DNA of 30,049 bases. Source: a virus. Taxonomy: Duplodnaviria > Caudoviricetes. The notes under the pieces were generated by a model that was not told the origin of the DNA, ran no database searches, and was given only the letters and a program-made list of their open reading frames with translations. The stretch lies in the IMG/VR virus record IMGVR_UViG_3300011441_000028, positions 1-30,049 of that record. One strand, written 5' to 3'. Below are positions 1 to 9,359 of the stretch, one piece after another. Position 1 is the first letter of the stretch. Each line of letters begins with the position of its first letter. The position numbers and the translations under genes were made by a program.

Positions 1-1
1 C

Positions 2-121
2 AAGAAGAATCCAGTAGAGTACAAGAAGTGGCTAGCTCGTGTTGATGAACTTGAGCAGGGGATTCTCACTCGACGTATTCCAGGATCAGCTCCCATCATT
101 GATTATGATCCGGAGAGATAA
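2..121 (+). CDS. 3' end of an upstream gene (partial; probable virion-module protein)
   Basis: Open frame from the window edge, KKNPVEYKKWLARVDELEQG...DYDPER*, stop TAA 119-121, two bases before the next ATG at 124. Confidence 0.6.
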   Translation, partial: KKNPVEYKKWLARVDELEQGILTRRIPGSAPIIDYDPER

Positions 122-123
122 CG

Positions 124-2448
124 ATGCCTCCAATTCAGGTAAGAAATAAAAAGACTGGAAAGGTCAACACGATCAACTGGAACAAGCCACGTCCTCCCAC
201 AAGAGAGGAAATCATCAGTCTTGTTAATGAGGAAGTGGCGCCTCCAGCTCCTTCTCCGCTCGCATCCAGACCTCAGTTCGGGGATGAACCTGAGAAATCT
301 GACTCGTTTCTCGGATGGCTTGGTCACATCCCCGGAATCACTGAGGCTCCGAAATTCATCACTGATGCCGCTAAGAGAGAGGGTGACAAGATCACAACTC
401 CTCGCTTAGAGGAGCCTCGCTGGAAGACATTGGGAAAAGGTTTCATGGCTGGCAGTCAGGAGGGCGCTGCTAGTTTGATGAATCTTGTCGATCTTGGATC
501 GGCGGCATTTCCTGAATCCAAGGTGATATCAGGTATCCTTGGTCTTCGTGGAATCGGAAATATCCAGGAAGGAAACTATGCTCGCGGCGCGCTCGAACTT
601 GCTTCCGGAGGACACGGAATGTTACCAAAGTGGGGAGGATCTAGTCAACTCCCAACTTGGCCGAAAAAACCTCCCCAAAAACTTCTCCCCGAGAGAACCT
701 CCACTGCTGCACGATATGTCGTGGATGAGTCGGGAGTTGCTTCTGATCTTACGAGGCCGTATTCGAACGTTGCGGGTCGACCATTCAATCCCAGAGCTGT
801 GCAGGGACCATCAGGTACTGTCGATCCGGTTAGCGGACTGGTCAAGATGCAGAGAGGACCGGGTGGCCAGTTCATTCCCAGGGAGAAACTTCCTCCTCCT
901 TCTGTCAAGACGTCAGAACTTCCAATCATTAACATTCCAGCGGAGGTCCAAGCGGCGTACAAGGTGGGAGTTCGTGAGCCGCGCACTGTCATCCCTGATG
1001 TTGAAGCTCCAGGACTTGGACCAGGTTATACAGGAGCGCGTCAAGGAGCGGCAGATGAAGTCGGTTGGTGGGATCGTAACGCACCCGTCAACGCTCCAGT
1101 CGACAAGTCAGTTAGAGGTGGTCCTACTACTGCCGAATATGCAGGAAGTCCTCAAGCTCGGAGAATCGGTGAGACTCGCGCTCAGTTTAGAGCTAGAGTT
1201 GCAAGCGAGAATGCCGCGGCTAAAGCGGAAGCAGCGAAGACTGTCGGCAGCGGCTCCACAGCGGCTGCGAGCGTATCCGGAGCACAACCTGCAAAGCCTG
1301 TGTCGATTTTTGAAAGACTACGTCTCTGGAACGAGCGTAAAGGTCAGCAAGGATCGGTAGATTTCACAGGGAAGAAGGGCATTCCTAAGAGAACACAGAT
1401 AAATGAGGGTTTGCCAACAACCAAGCCTAAACCAGGCGAATCTCTGATGGATGCTCGTCGTCGATTGGAAGCGGAGCAAGCTGCACTGGGAAACGTTCCT
1501 CCGCCCAGAAGAAACATCTGGACTGATGAAACTGGAGCAGTAGCACCTGGTGGTCTGCCTCCTTCCAAAGCTACAGGTAAAGCAAAGACGAAAGAGGATC
1601 TCAAGAAGCTCGGCTCGGATGCATTCGATGTGTTTCAGACGCTTCGGACGACATCGATGCTTTCTGGTCTTGCTCCATTCAAATCTGTCGCAGGCAATAT
1701 CGGAGCACATGGCATCGCAGCACTCGAAAAGCGAAGCATGAAGCCTCTCAAGGAATTGGCGAACGTCAAGGAACATGCTGATGCCATCGTTCGAGGATGG
1801 AAGATGAATGCCAATCCTCAAAATCTTGCAGGAGGAACGTCGAACAATCAGGTGTTAGAAGGTTTCGAGAAGATGAACCTTCCTGCGCGGGTCATGGGAG
1901 CATTCGATAGTGCTGCTCAGGAATCACTCATGCGTGCGGGACTCAGTGAGAAAGAAGCGAAAGAACTCTTGCTGACTTCTCCGAATGCCTTTGCTGAATC
2001 ACTTGGACTGAATACGAGGAAAGGTAAGTTTATCGTTCCATTCACCAAGACATCAGCTAACGCATTCAAGCAAGGAGTCACGCGCGCAGCTAAACATCCT
2101 GCGGTCTGGGGATCTGCTGTAGGTGCTGGATATGCGGCAGGTTCTGAAACGGACGATATCAAGAAGTTGGGACTCGCATCTGCTGTAATGGGTCCATACC
2201 AATTGCCTTTCCTCTTTGGAGCGGCTTTGAAGATTGGACCCAAAGCTCTACAGGGTGTATCTCCTCTACCTGAGTGGGGTATCTCCGGGTCAATGCTCAA
2301 CCCAATGAAGACGTTTCAAGAGCCAGGATTCGTGAAGGCTTACACAGACGTTGAAACACCTCTGTGGGAACCACCCGATGTCCCAGCTCTTGAGGAATAC
2401 GCACCTGGGATGTTTGGTAAACGGAACGTGAAGAAGCGTCGATACTAA
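124..2448 (+). CDS. 774-aa hypothetical protein, probable internal virion/ejection protein
   Basis: Long ORF, Gly/Ala/Pro-rich low-complexity N-terminal half and helical, Ala/Gly-rich C-terminus; last gene of the + strand structural block. Function inferred from position and composition only. Confidence 0.55.
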   Translation: MPPIQVRNKKTGKVNTINWNKPRPPTREEIISLVNEEVAPPAPSPLASRPQFGDEPEKSDSFLGWLGHIPGITEAPKFITDAAKREGDKITTPRLEEPRWKTLGKGFMAGSQEGAASLMNLVDLGSAAFPESKVISGILGLRGIGNIQEGNYARGALELASGGHGMLPKWGGSSQLPTWPKKPPQKLLPERTSTAARYVVDESGVASDLTRPYSNVAGRPFNPRAVQGPSGTVDPVSGLVKMQRGPGGQFIPREKLPPPSVKTSELPIINIPAEVQAAYKVGVREPRTVIPDVEAPGLGPGYTGARQGAADEVGWWDRNAPVNAPVDKSVRGGPTTAEYAGSPQARRIGETRAQFRARVASENAAAKAEAAKTVGSGSTAAASVSGAQPAKPVSIFERLRLWNERKGQQGSVDFTGKKGIPKRTQINEGLPTTKPKPGESLMDARRRLEAEQAALGNVPPPRRNIWTDETGAVAPGGLPPSKATGKAKTKEDLKKLGSDAFDVFQTLRTTSMLSGLAPFKSVAGNIGAHGIAALEKRSMKPLKELANVKEHADAIVRGWKMNANPQNLAGGTSNNQVLEGFEKMNLPARVMGAFDSAAQESLMRAGLSEKEAKELLLTSPNAFAESLGLNTRKGKFIVPFTKTSANAFKQGVTRAAKHPAVWGSAVGAGYAAGSETDDIKKLGLASAVMGPYQLPFLFGAALKIGPKALQGVSPLPEWGISGSMLNPMKTFQEPGFVKAYTDVETPLWEPPDVPALEEYAPGMFGKRNVKKRRY

Positions 2449-2585
2449 TACGTCACAGTCGAAGTCAGCACAGCAGCGGCAATCCAATAGATTCCACGAC
2501 GAACATCACCGTTGTAGAACCATACGATTGCTGCTGCTATGTCGAGAAGAATCAGAATCGTCGGAAAGATTTGAGTTGACTTCAA
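2445..2585 (-). CDS. 46-aa small membrane protein (not in ORF track)
   Basis: TTG start 2585, MKSTQIFPTILILLDIAAAIVWFYNGDVRRGIYWIAAAVLTSTVTY*; two hydrophobic segments; starts 2 nt after the stop of the upstream gene and fills the gap exactly. Confidence 0.65.
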   Translation of the reverse strand: MKSTQIFPTILILLDIAAAIVWFYNGDVRRGIYWIAAAVLTSTVTY

Positions 2586-2587
2586 TT

Positions 2588-3823
2588 TCAATGCATCCTC
2601 TTTTTCTTCAACTCTGATTGAATGTCCATGAACTGACGCTTGCCGAGCATGGTCAGCATGAACTCCTGTTGTCCCACTGTCCCGTTGACCTTGATGAGTC
2701 CGGCATCCTCTAGAGTAAGGGCAATTCTGTCCATCTCTAGGGAATCGAATTCATTGTGGTTGTCCTGCATCATCTTCTTACGAGTCATCCTATTCTCAGC
2801 CGCTTTGAAGAGTGAGCGGAGGAAGACCTCGTTCTTTGGTGCAGACTGACTCAACCCGATCCCGATAATCGTTTTCTTGATTGTGCTGATAAGCTCCTGG
2901 GCCATGTTGATGCCCTCGTCAACGTGTCTCTTATGAAGGATGAGTTCATCACTTTCACTGAGAGATACAATCATTGCAATCTTGAGCGCGTGATCGTGGA
3001 GTCGATGAATGTATCCTGTCTTGTCCGTGAGTTGCCTGGTCTTAATCCTTTCCTGAAGATCATAGTACCACGGACGATAGAACTCGCGCGCTCCTTCCGT
3101 TATTTTGAATTTGGAGCCGGGAGCAATTTTAGATAGCTCGATGAGATAGCCAGCCCACTCTTTGATTCGAGGAGCAACCTGCTCTTCTTCTTTCGCCTCG
3201 TCGATAAGGGCGTTAATCTTTCCCTTTTCGGCCGAGTATATGAGCATAAGTCGTCCAAAAAAGCCGCCACGGATTGCTGCCACTGGGACAGATTCTCTGA
3301 GGTAGTCGGCAGTGGAAGCTCCCAACATCGTGATATTGACGTCTTTGAGTGTCTCTGTTCCACTACTCTTAAGACTATTTGCCCATTCTTTGACATAATG
3401 AGTGTCGTACCACTCAGTAAGTATGGAAATAGCCTGCTCATCCTTGAGAAGGAAATTAACAAACTCTCCTGAGCTAAGGTAGGCTCTTGCATCTTTGATC
3501 ATCTCCTTTCCCTTGCCTTTTGTTATTGCCATAGACAGATCACTAACGATCTTTTGAATCGAGTTTCGTCCCGCAAAGACCCTGGTGCTATCAACTGTAT
3601 TGACGAGTGACTTCGCTAACCATACGCCAAATCCTTTGCCAACGCCGGACTCTCCCAGCAACATAGTGTATATGTTGGGATATAGGTCGTAGGCTCCTTG
3701 TTTATTTAGCGATACATTTGGAGATGTCACTGCCGCTATAGCTGTGTAAAGCGACCACTTAACGAAGGACTTTGGAGTCTCCACATGATCTGTCTGATGT
3801 AGAATTGTGTCGATCCAATTCAT
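2588..3823 (-). CDS. DUF3987/YfjI-like P-loop ATPase (putative replicative helicase-type protein)
   Basis: Walker A-like LLGESGVGKG, 'ITMLGAST', 'GGFFGRLMLIY', 'ALKIAMI' pattern and winged-helix-like C-terminus; adjacent to the DNA polymerase. Confidence 0.7.
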   Translation of the reverse strand: MNWIDTILHQTDHVETPKSFVKWSLYTAIAAVTSPNVSLNKQGAYDLYPNIYTMLLGESGVGKGFGVWLAKSLVNTVDSTRVFAGRNSIQKIVSDLSMAITKGKGKEMIKDARAYLSSGEFVNFLLKDEQAISILTEWYDTHYVKEWANSLKSSGTETLKDVNITMLGASTADYLRESVPVAAIRGGFFGRLMLIYSAEKGKINALIDEAKEEEQVAPRIKEWAGYLIELSKIAPGSKFKITEGAREFYRPWYYDLQERIKTRQLTDKTGYIHRLHDHALKIAMIVSLSESDELILHKRHVDEGINMAQELISTIKKTIIGIGLSQSAPKNEVFLRSLFKAAENRMTRKKMMQDNHNEFDSLEMDRIALTLEDAGLIKVNGTVGQQEFMLTMLGKRQFMDIQSELKKKRMH

Positions 3824-6308
3824 ACGTCTTCAAATCGTAAAAGGTTGTCTCAGAGAGTTCCAGTTCACAAGGAATAACCAGCTCTCCTCTTGGAAGACTG
3901 CATTCACTAAAGTCGATTGCTTTTTCCATCCATTCAGTGAACAGATGCCCATAGATGTCAACTTCGTTGACTGGGACAAGTGCAAGAAATCCGTCATGCC
4001 ATTCTAAGACGTAACGAATGTCTTGTACTTCTTCCTGTATCCCGAGCATAGCCCTCTTCGTATTGTCAGCAACAGTCGCCTGCGGAAGCTGAGAATAGCA
4101 TTCTTTATAGAACCCATGCTCATCTGGACTTCCAAAGAATTCCCTTCTCCGACCAAATGGAGAAACGAGAACCTTGAACTCATCTACATAATCCCTCACC
4201 TCTTGGTGAAAGACTTGCTTGATCGATGGATCATTCGCATGGAACAGAGTGATAAGCTGGTCTGCTTTCCATTCGGTAATCTGGACATCTAACCCGAACT
4301 TCTTGGCATCGTTGTTAAACTCCAACATGCATCGACGTTTCTGCATGTCGTAATGTCCAGCGTGTCGAATCTTCTTACCTGTGAATCTCCTTAACTTATC
4401 CTTCTTCAACTGTGCGATCGTATATTCAGGATTGAACCAGGAAGCAGTCTCAGCATGGACATCATAGTCCGGGTCATCCATGCGTTTGAGACCCTCTATG
4501 TTCCTTGCGAGGAGGAACACTACTCGAGCTTCCGCCTGCCTTGCATCAGCTTGAAGAAAGACGTATCCATCGTCAACTACAAACTGTTTTCGAATGTCCG
4601 GTCCAATCTCTCCATGCTTGGTGAGAGTTTGATAGGCTAAACCGATGTCGTATGGACGGACGGGAGGCTTCTGAGTTGAGGTTGACGTGCGTCCAGTTTC
4701 AGTGCCGACGATCTTGTAGTTCGTCCGCATCCTACCGTCGAAGTCAGTAGCTGCGTTGAGATAACCTGATGTTACCCTACGTAGACGTCTGATTTCAAGA
4801 ATGAGGGACATGATTCGTTTATGTTCTTCATTCTTGACAGTAGGACTATTCATTAACGCAACGAGAACGTCTTCTCCTGTGCCCTTTCCGTCCTTACCTC
4901 TGGATGGCAGTTTCAGGTGGTCATATAACAGCCGTGCAATCTGTGGGTTGGAGTTCACATTCACAGCTAGAGGCTTGATGTCAATAGGGTCAACCGATGC
5001 TCCGATGAGCATGTTCAGTTCGAGCTGACTCTGTGCCGTCAGTGAACTATATTTATGTTTCAGCTCCTTGTTCTTTTCTTTACTGAACTTGAACCCTACA
5101 TGGTCCATCCTTCGATAGAGGTCATGCAGCTTCTCAACCCCGAATGGATACCTCCAATTGCCTTTCTGAAAGCCGAAGTAGAAGTCGTGAAGTCCGAACT
5201 CCTGTAGCTGTGGTAGGAGAATCTCAGCTAGCTCGAATGACACTGCCGCATCTCGCCCGCACCCTTTGCAGAGATTGGTGAGAGATGAATGATACATGTC
5301 ATTGTTCTTCCAGAACGGTTCCCTTGTATGGATTGAAGCCATGAACTCCATTGACTTCGGGAACTCTGGATAGAGCGTTGCATGAATCAACATGATGTCG
5401 ATTATGCGGCCCTTGACGCGCAGTCCTCTAGGCTCAGCCTTGTCATGGTCGAACTTGAAGTTCTGTCCTATGATGTCAACTCCTGACTTCTCTACGTGGG
5501 AATAGATGGCATGGACTGACTGAGCTACATCTCTCGGAGATGAGCAAAGACATTCGCCATCATTAAACTGAGAAGGAAAATCCAGGAGAGGAACTGCTAG
5601 TGCTTCTTCTTTAGAGAATGCAATTCCGAGTACGGTTGGAATGGAGTACTGAACCTCTAAGTCCAGTGCCATCATCTTACGGTTACGATTCCGCTCGAGA
5701 AATCGCCAGGTGTCGTGAGAGTTCCGAGCTACAATGAGCGATCGAGCAAGGTAGTTGAAGTCGGGACTTGCCGACTCTTCAACCGCTCGCTTGAAATCTG
5801 CCTGCATGAACAGACGTTGGAGCGGGTCAGCGACTTCTGATCCTCTTAAGTGTAACAATGAAGCAGGATGATAGGTCGCTACGACTTTGCAGTTATGTCT
5901 GGCCTGACCAGTGAGCTGGAGAATGGAGCCACGATTCTCCGTGATTGAGTTTCCTTTACCTGACCGTCCGGTTAAGAACTTGAGGGGTATGGCTCCTAAT
6001 GCCAGGATGCAATTGGGAGCAACAGCTTGAATCTCCTGCCACAGCTCTGGGAGATAATCAACTGGGCTGAGGCCATACTCTCTAAGTCTGTCGAACTTAT
6101 TATCAGGCGGACGAACCTTGACTACGTTCGTGACGTAGCACTGACTACGATTGACTCCAGCTTCGGCGAGGAACTTGTTGAGCAGTCGACCAGATGGCCC
6201 AACGAACGGCCGCCCCTCTTTATCCTCATCATAGCCTGGAGCTTCGCCAATGATCATCAGCTTGGCGCTGAGAGGTCCCTCTCCTCGAACGTATCGACGT
6301 TCAATCAT
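3759..6308 (-). CDS. polA: Family A DNA polymerase with N-terminal uracil-DNA glycosylase (family 4-like) and 3'-5' exonuclease domains
   Basis: UDG motifs GEAPG..E...GRPFVG.SG..L, YVTNVVK.RPP, TYHPA; Exo I LDLE, Exo II GQNFKFD; 'GTETGRTS', motif A ADARQAEAR, motif B R...KKIRHAGHY, 'SPFGRRR', motif C WHDG. Confidence 0.92.
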   Translation of the reverse strand: MIERRYVRGEGPLSAKLMIIGEAPGYDEDKEGRPFVGPSGRLLNKFLAEAGVNRSQCYVTNVVKVRPPDNKFDRLREYGLSPVDYLPELWQEIQAVAPNCILALGAIPLKFLTGRSGKGNSITENRGSILQLTGQARHNCKVVATYHPASLLHLRGSEVADPLQRLFMQADFKRAVEESASPDFNYLARSLIVARNSHDTWRFLERNRNRKMMALDLEVQYSIPTVLGIAFSKEEALAVPLLDFPSQFNDGECLCSSPRDVAQSVHAIYSHVEKSGVDIIGQNFKFDHDKAEPRGLRVKGRIIDIMLIHATLYPEFPKSMEFMASIHTREPFWKNNDMYHSSLTNLCKGCGRDAAVSFELAEILLPQLQEFGLHDFYFGFQKGNWRYPFGVEKLHDLYRRMDHVGFKFSKEKNKELKHKYSSLTAQSQLELNMLIGASVDPIDIKPLAVNVNSNPQIARLLYDHLKLPSRGKDGKGTGEDVLVALMNSPTVKNEEHKRIMSLILEIRRLRRVTSGYLNAATDFDGRMRTNYKIVGTETGRTSTSTQKPPVRPYDIGLAYQTLTKHGEIGPDIRKQFVVDDGYVFLQADARQAEARVVFLLARNIEGLKRMDDPDYDVHAETASWFNPEYTIAQLKKDKLRRFTGKKIRHAGHYDMQKRRCMLEFNNDAKKFGLDVQITEWKADQLITLFHANDPSIKQVFHQEVRDYVDEFKVLVSPFGRRREFFGSPDEHGFYKECYSQLPQATVADNTKRAMLGIQEEVQDIRYVLEWHDGFLALVPVNEVDIYGHLFTEWMEKAIDFSECSLPRGELVIPCELELSETTFYDLKTYELDRHNSTSDRSCGDSKVLR

Positions 6309-6661
6309 TGTGATTTTTTATGGATTGACTTGAGCCAGTTCATTTGCTTTTCACTCATACGGGTATTGCCTCCGTATTTTGTGAATCGCTCAAACGTTTC
6401 AGCGACGAACTTACTCTCGTAGTCCTGAAGCTTTATATCAGAGGCCATGATTTCTTCGATCATTCCACCTAAGTCTTCTTCAGGAACATTCTCTGAACCC
6501 AATTCAACTCGTTGCATGTCGAAATGCTCTGACCCCGGAAGCTCCCTCCGTGGATGGAAGATTAACTCGAACCCGCCCTCATCAGATAGAATGAGAGCTT
6601 TCTTGCCTGGGTTTTTGCGGCACCAGTCTTGCGTCTCTTGCCAGATGATTGCAGACTTCAT
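6305..6661 (-). CDS. 118-aa hypothetical protein
   Basis: ATGA overlaps with both neighbours; AGGAG upstream. Confidence 0.7.
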   Translation of the reverse strand: MKSAIIWQETQDWCRKNPGKKALILSDEGGFELIFHPRRELPGSEHFDMQRVELGSENVPEEDLGGMIEEIMASDIKLQDYESKFVAETFERFTKYGGNTRMSEKQMNWLKSIHKKSQ

Positions 6662-7917
6662 GCCTTCTCCTTCTTTTCCTTCTTCCCAAGCCGATCAAGA
6701 ATCTTCTTGTATCTGTCGTTCTCCCTCTCGATAAGAACGTAATGACGTTTCAGCTTCTTACACGCGGTTGCTAGTACTCCTGAACCAGCGAAAGGATCTA
6801 CTCCCAGCGAACCTGCGTATGAGCAAAGCCTCAGCATTGACTCTATCAATCCCGTAGGCTTTTCGTTCGGGTGAATCAGAGACTTCGATGGCACAACCGC
6901 ATGGCTGAACAATGACGAGACCTGAGTGCTCGACGCGATTACCGGTGAACCTTTGGCGGCCACCAGGATTAGTTCCAAATCCCTTCCGTGCTCCCATGAT
7001 CTAACTCCGGTCCTTGATAGTGAACCTTCCTTCGCCCAGACGCACGGATGACCCTGAACCTTCCATCCAATCTTGGGAAGTTCATGTTTATAGAACTCGA
7101 AATCCTCGTGTCCGACGAAGATATACATCATCGATTCGTACTTCATTGTCCGGTAAAGAGCCTTGAATACCGGCAATGTAAACGCATCGCGAGTAAGTGT
7201 CGGGTCGTCAGCTTTTGCGAATTTCAACCAGGGAGGATCGGTAATGCAGAAGTCGAAGATGGTTTCCGGCAGTTGATTCAGGATACTGGCAGCTTCACCG
7301 AAGAAAACTTCGTCCGCACAATCCTGCATTCCTGAGACGGTTGCTTCTTCCTCTGCAAAGAGGCGTTTGGTGGTCTGCTTGATAACTTTCATGGCCGTCG
7401 CTTTATCCCTGATGTTCTTCAGTGCGGGATTTTGACGAACCATCTTGGCAAGCTGCATGTCCATTGACACGGAGCCGAGAGCTTTACCCAGCTCATTAGC
7501 CGTGTCTCTCATCCCCCAGCCTTTCTTCTCACCTTCGGCTGGACGACTGGCTATTCCAACTCCATGCTGGCGCTGACGTAAGTCATGCAACTTCTGAACA
7601 AGCTCGACTTCCTCATGCCACGGCAATTGACCACGCTTGAGGTTCTCGTGAAGTGAGATCTCCTCTTTCTGATAGCCATCTAAACCCTTCTTAACCTCAC
7701 AAGGGATGATGACGACGCCGAGCTTTTGGATTGCGAGAAATCTTTTCTTCCCTGCAATGACCTCAAAGGTGATAGGGGAAGTGTTCAATTCATGAACAGT
7801 TATGGGGTGGAACAGTCCTTGTTCTTTAATCGATTCGAGGAGTTCTTCGATCTTGGACTGGACTTCTGGAGTTGGCTGTAGATCGCAAACAATGTCACTG
7901 ATTAGGACTTCCTGCAC
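6658..7917 (-). CDS. ParB-like N-terminal domain + HTH + N6-adenine/N4-cytosine DNA methyltransferase (beta arrangement)
   Basis: ParB-type 'ESIKEQGLFHPITV...VIAGKKRFLA...ENLKR'; catalytic DPPW precedes 'HPNEKP' and SAM-binding DPFAGSG; GGAGG before the GTG start. Confidence 0.88.
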   Translation of the reverse strand: MQEVLISDIVCDLQPTPEVQSKIEELLESIKEQGLFHPITVHELNTSPITFEVIAGKKRFLAIQKLGVVIIPCEVKKGLDGYQKEEISLHENLKRGQLPWHEEVELVQKLHDLRQRQHGVGIASRPAEGEKKGWGMRDTANELGKALGSVSMDMQLAKMVRQNPALKNIRDKATAMKVIKQTTKRLFAEEEATVSGMQDCADEVFFGEAASILNQLPETIFDFCITDPPWLKFAKADDPTLTRDAFTLPVFKALYRTMKYESMMYIFVGHEDFEFYKHELPKIGWKVQGHPCVWAKEGSLSRTGVRSWEHGRDLELILVAAKGSPVIASSTQVSSLFSHAVVPSKSLIHPNEKPTGLIESMLRLCSYAGSLGVDPFAGSGVLATACKKLKRHYVLIERENDRYKKILDRLGKKEKKEKA

Positions 7918-7933
7918 AGATGCCTCCGAACTG

Positions 7934-7972
7934 AAAAATTACTGGCCCAACGATGGATTGTCAGGCCAGTAA
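7934..7972 (-). terminator. Probable intrinsic terminator downstream of the 283-aa gene
   Basis: Stem TTACTGGCC/GGCCAGTAA with 16-nt loop followed by a T-run on the - strand. Confidence 0.55.
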
Positions 7973-7984
7973 TCTATCTAACGT

Positions 7985-8836
7985 CTACCGCTTTGGAGTT
8001 GGCTTTGGAGTCGGCTTCGGAGTCGACGGCAACCCCTGATCCGGACGCACCGGAGCACCAGGCTTCGGCAGTTCGTTGTCCGGATGGGGACGACGCTTCT
8101 CGTCCAGTTCCGCCTGGATCTCGTCGGCGTCCTTCTCCGTGTCGTTGCCGTTGTCGTCGGAGCGGTCGAGTTCCGCCTTCTCGATGTCCTCGTCCACTCC
8201 ACTGTCACGTCGCTGCTGATCGTTCATTCGATTTGCCTCTGCCTTTCGGCGACCGATCTCCTCAGGAGAATTCAGGTCGCGTTCCCTTGCCTGCACGACG
8301 GGGGACTCTCCCCTGTCCTGCGCCTCTTGCATTGCCTTCTTCTGTCTCTCGGTGAGGAAAGACGTGGGGACGTGAGTGACCGGCTGAATCGGTTTCTCAG
8401 CCTGATCCTTCCTCATCCTGTCTTCCGACTCCTTCACCGCACGAGCGTGTTCCTCAACTGCTCGCTCGTTCATCTCGTCGTAGCGTTTTCTGTCCTCCTG
8501 GGTCCACGGCATGTTCGTTTCGGGATTCTTCCCGCACTTGAGCCGTTCCTGCACGACGGAGGGAGGGATGTTCGTCTCCTTCCCTGCCATGAGGTCGTGA
8601 CGTTCCGCACCGCTCGTTTCCTCACGAGTGTCCTCGACGTCATTGACCTTCGCTTCGATGATGCGCCGCTCCGCAACCATCTGCTTCTCCTGAAGCGACT
8701 TCGGTCCCGCAGCAACGTTGCGATCCCGGTCGTAGCCTCCGGTGTCCTCTGGATCTGGCGATAGCTCTGCATCTGAATCACCTGTGACCGCATCGGTCAT
8801 CCTCTTCCGGAGCTTGTCGACTGGGTCATGCACCAT
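7985..8836 (-). CDS. 283-aa acidic, likely disordered hypothetical protein with Pro-rich C-terminal tail
   Basis: SD AAGGAG before ATG; D/E-rich; ends HPDNELP...RPDQGLPSTPKPTPKPTPKR; strong C/G third-position bias. Confidence 0.8.
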   Translation of the reverse strand: MVHDPVDKLRKRMTDAVTGDSDAELSPDPEDTGGYDRDRNVAAGPKSLQEKQMVAERRIIEAKVNDVEDTREETSGAERHDLMAGKETNIPPSVVQERLKCGKNPETNMPWTQEDRKRYDEMNERAVEEHARAVKESEDRMRKDQAEKPIQPVTHVPTSFLTERQKKAMQEAQDRGESPVVQARERDLNSPEEIGRRKAEANRMNDQQRRDSGVDEDIEKAELDRSDDNGNDTEKDADEIQAELDEKRRPHPDNELPKPGAPVRPDQGLPSTPKPTPKPTPKR

Positions 8837-8954
8837 CTTACTCTCCTTATGGATAAGCCCGGCTTTTGATAAAATAGGTAAAAGCCGGAAAACCCCATTT
8901 GCTAACCTTTCGGTGGACGGGCCAAAGCGTACCTACTAAGTCAGCAAAGTCCCA

Positions 8955-9332
8955 CTACGCCTGGATGGGGCGGTAGTCGACGACCTCGTTCGTGTCCCGA
9001 CCACGATACTTGCCCCTCTCGACGTACCACTCCATCTTCTTCCCACGAACGTGATTCTCGCGGATGTCCACTTCCTTGTCGGCCTCGAACTTCAGCTGGG
9101 TCAGAGCCTCGTAGAAGTTCTTGATCATCCCCTGAGCCTTCTCCGAGAACTGAGCACGGAGAACCGCACCCTTGTCCTCGTCCTTGCCCCCGATGACCTT
9201 CGCGAAGACCTTGAGGAGTCCCGCACCATCCCCGTCGGTGGCCTCTTCGAGCTTGTACATCTCGACCACCTGCCATCCGGGAGTCACTACCTGACCCTTG
9301 GCGAGATCCTCTGCTGTAGCTTTGAACTTCAT
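8955..9332 (-). CDS. Putative single-stranded DNA-binding protein (DUF669-like)
   Basis: 125 aa, 'VVTPGWQVVE' N-terminus and 'YRGRDTNEV' C-terminus typical of this OB-fold-like group; CAGGAG SD; lies downstream of the AAA ATPase and nuclease genes. Confidence 0.55.
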   Translation of the reverse strand: MKFKATAEDLAKGQVVTPGWQVVEMYKLEEATDGDGAGLLKVFAKVIGGKDEDKGAVLRAQFSEKAQGMIKNFYEALTQLKFEADKEVDIRENHVRGKKMEWYVERGKYRGRDTNEVVDYRPIQA

Positions 9333-9359
9333 TCAGTTTTCTCCTGCACTTTGAGTTGA

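Noticed and set aside
539-1360. 273-aa alternative-frame ORF inside the 774-aa gene
   Set aside because: Arg/Ser/Leu-rich shadow composition, no SD or motif; fully nested in a better ORF.
3759-6308. Modified-base genome (Z-DNA/DpoZ or hmU as in SPO1)
   Set aside because: No purZ, dATPase, dCMP deaminase or hydroxymethylase gene is visible in the complete replication block.
8084-8764. 226-aa antisense ORF
   Set aside because: Mirror of the codon-biased 283-aa gene; typical antisense shadow.
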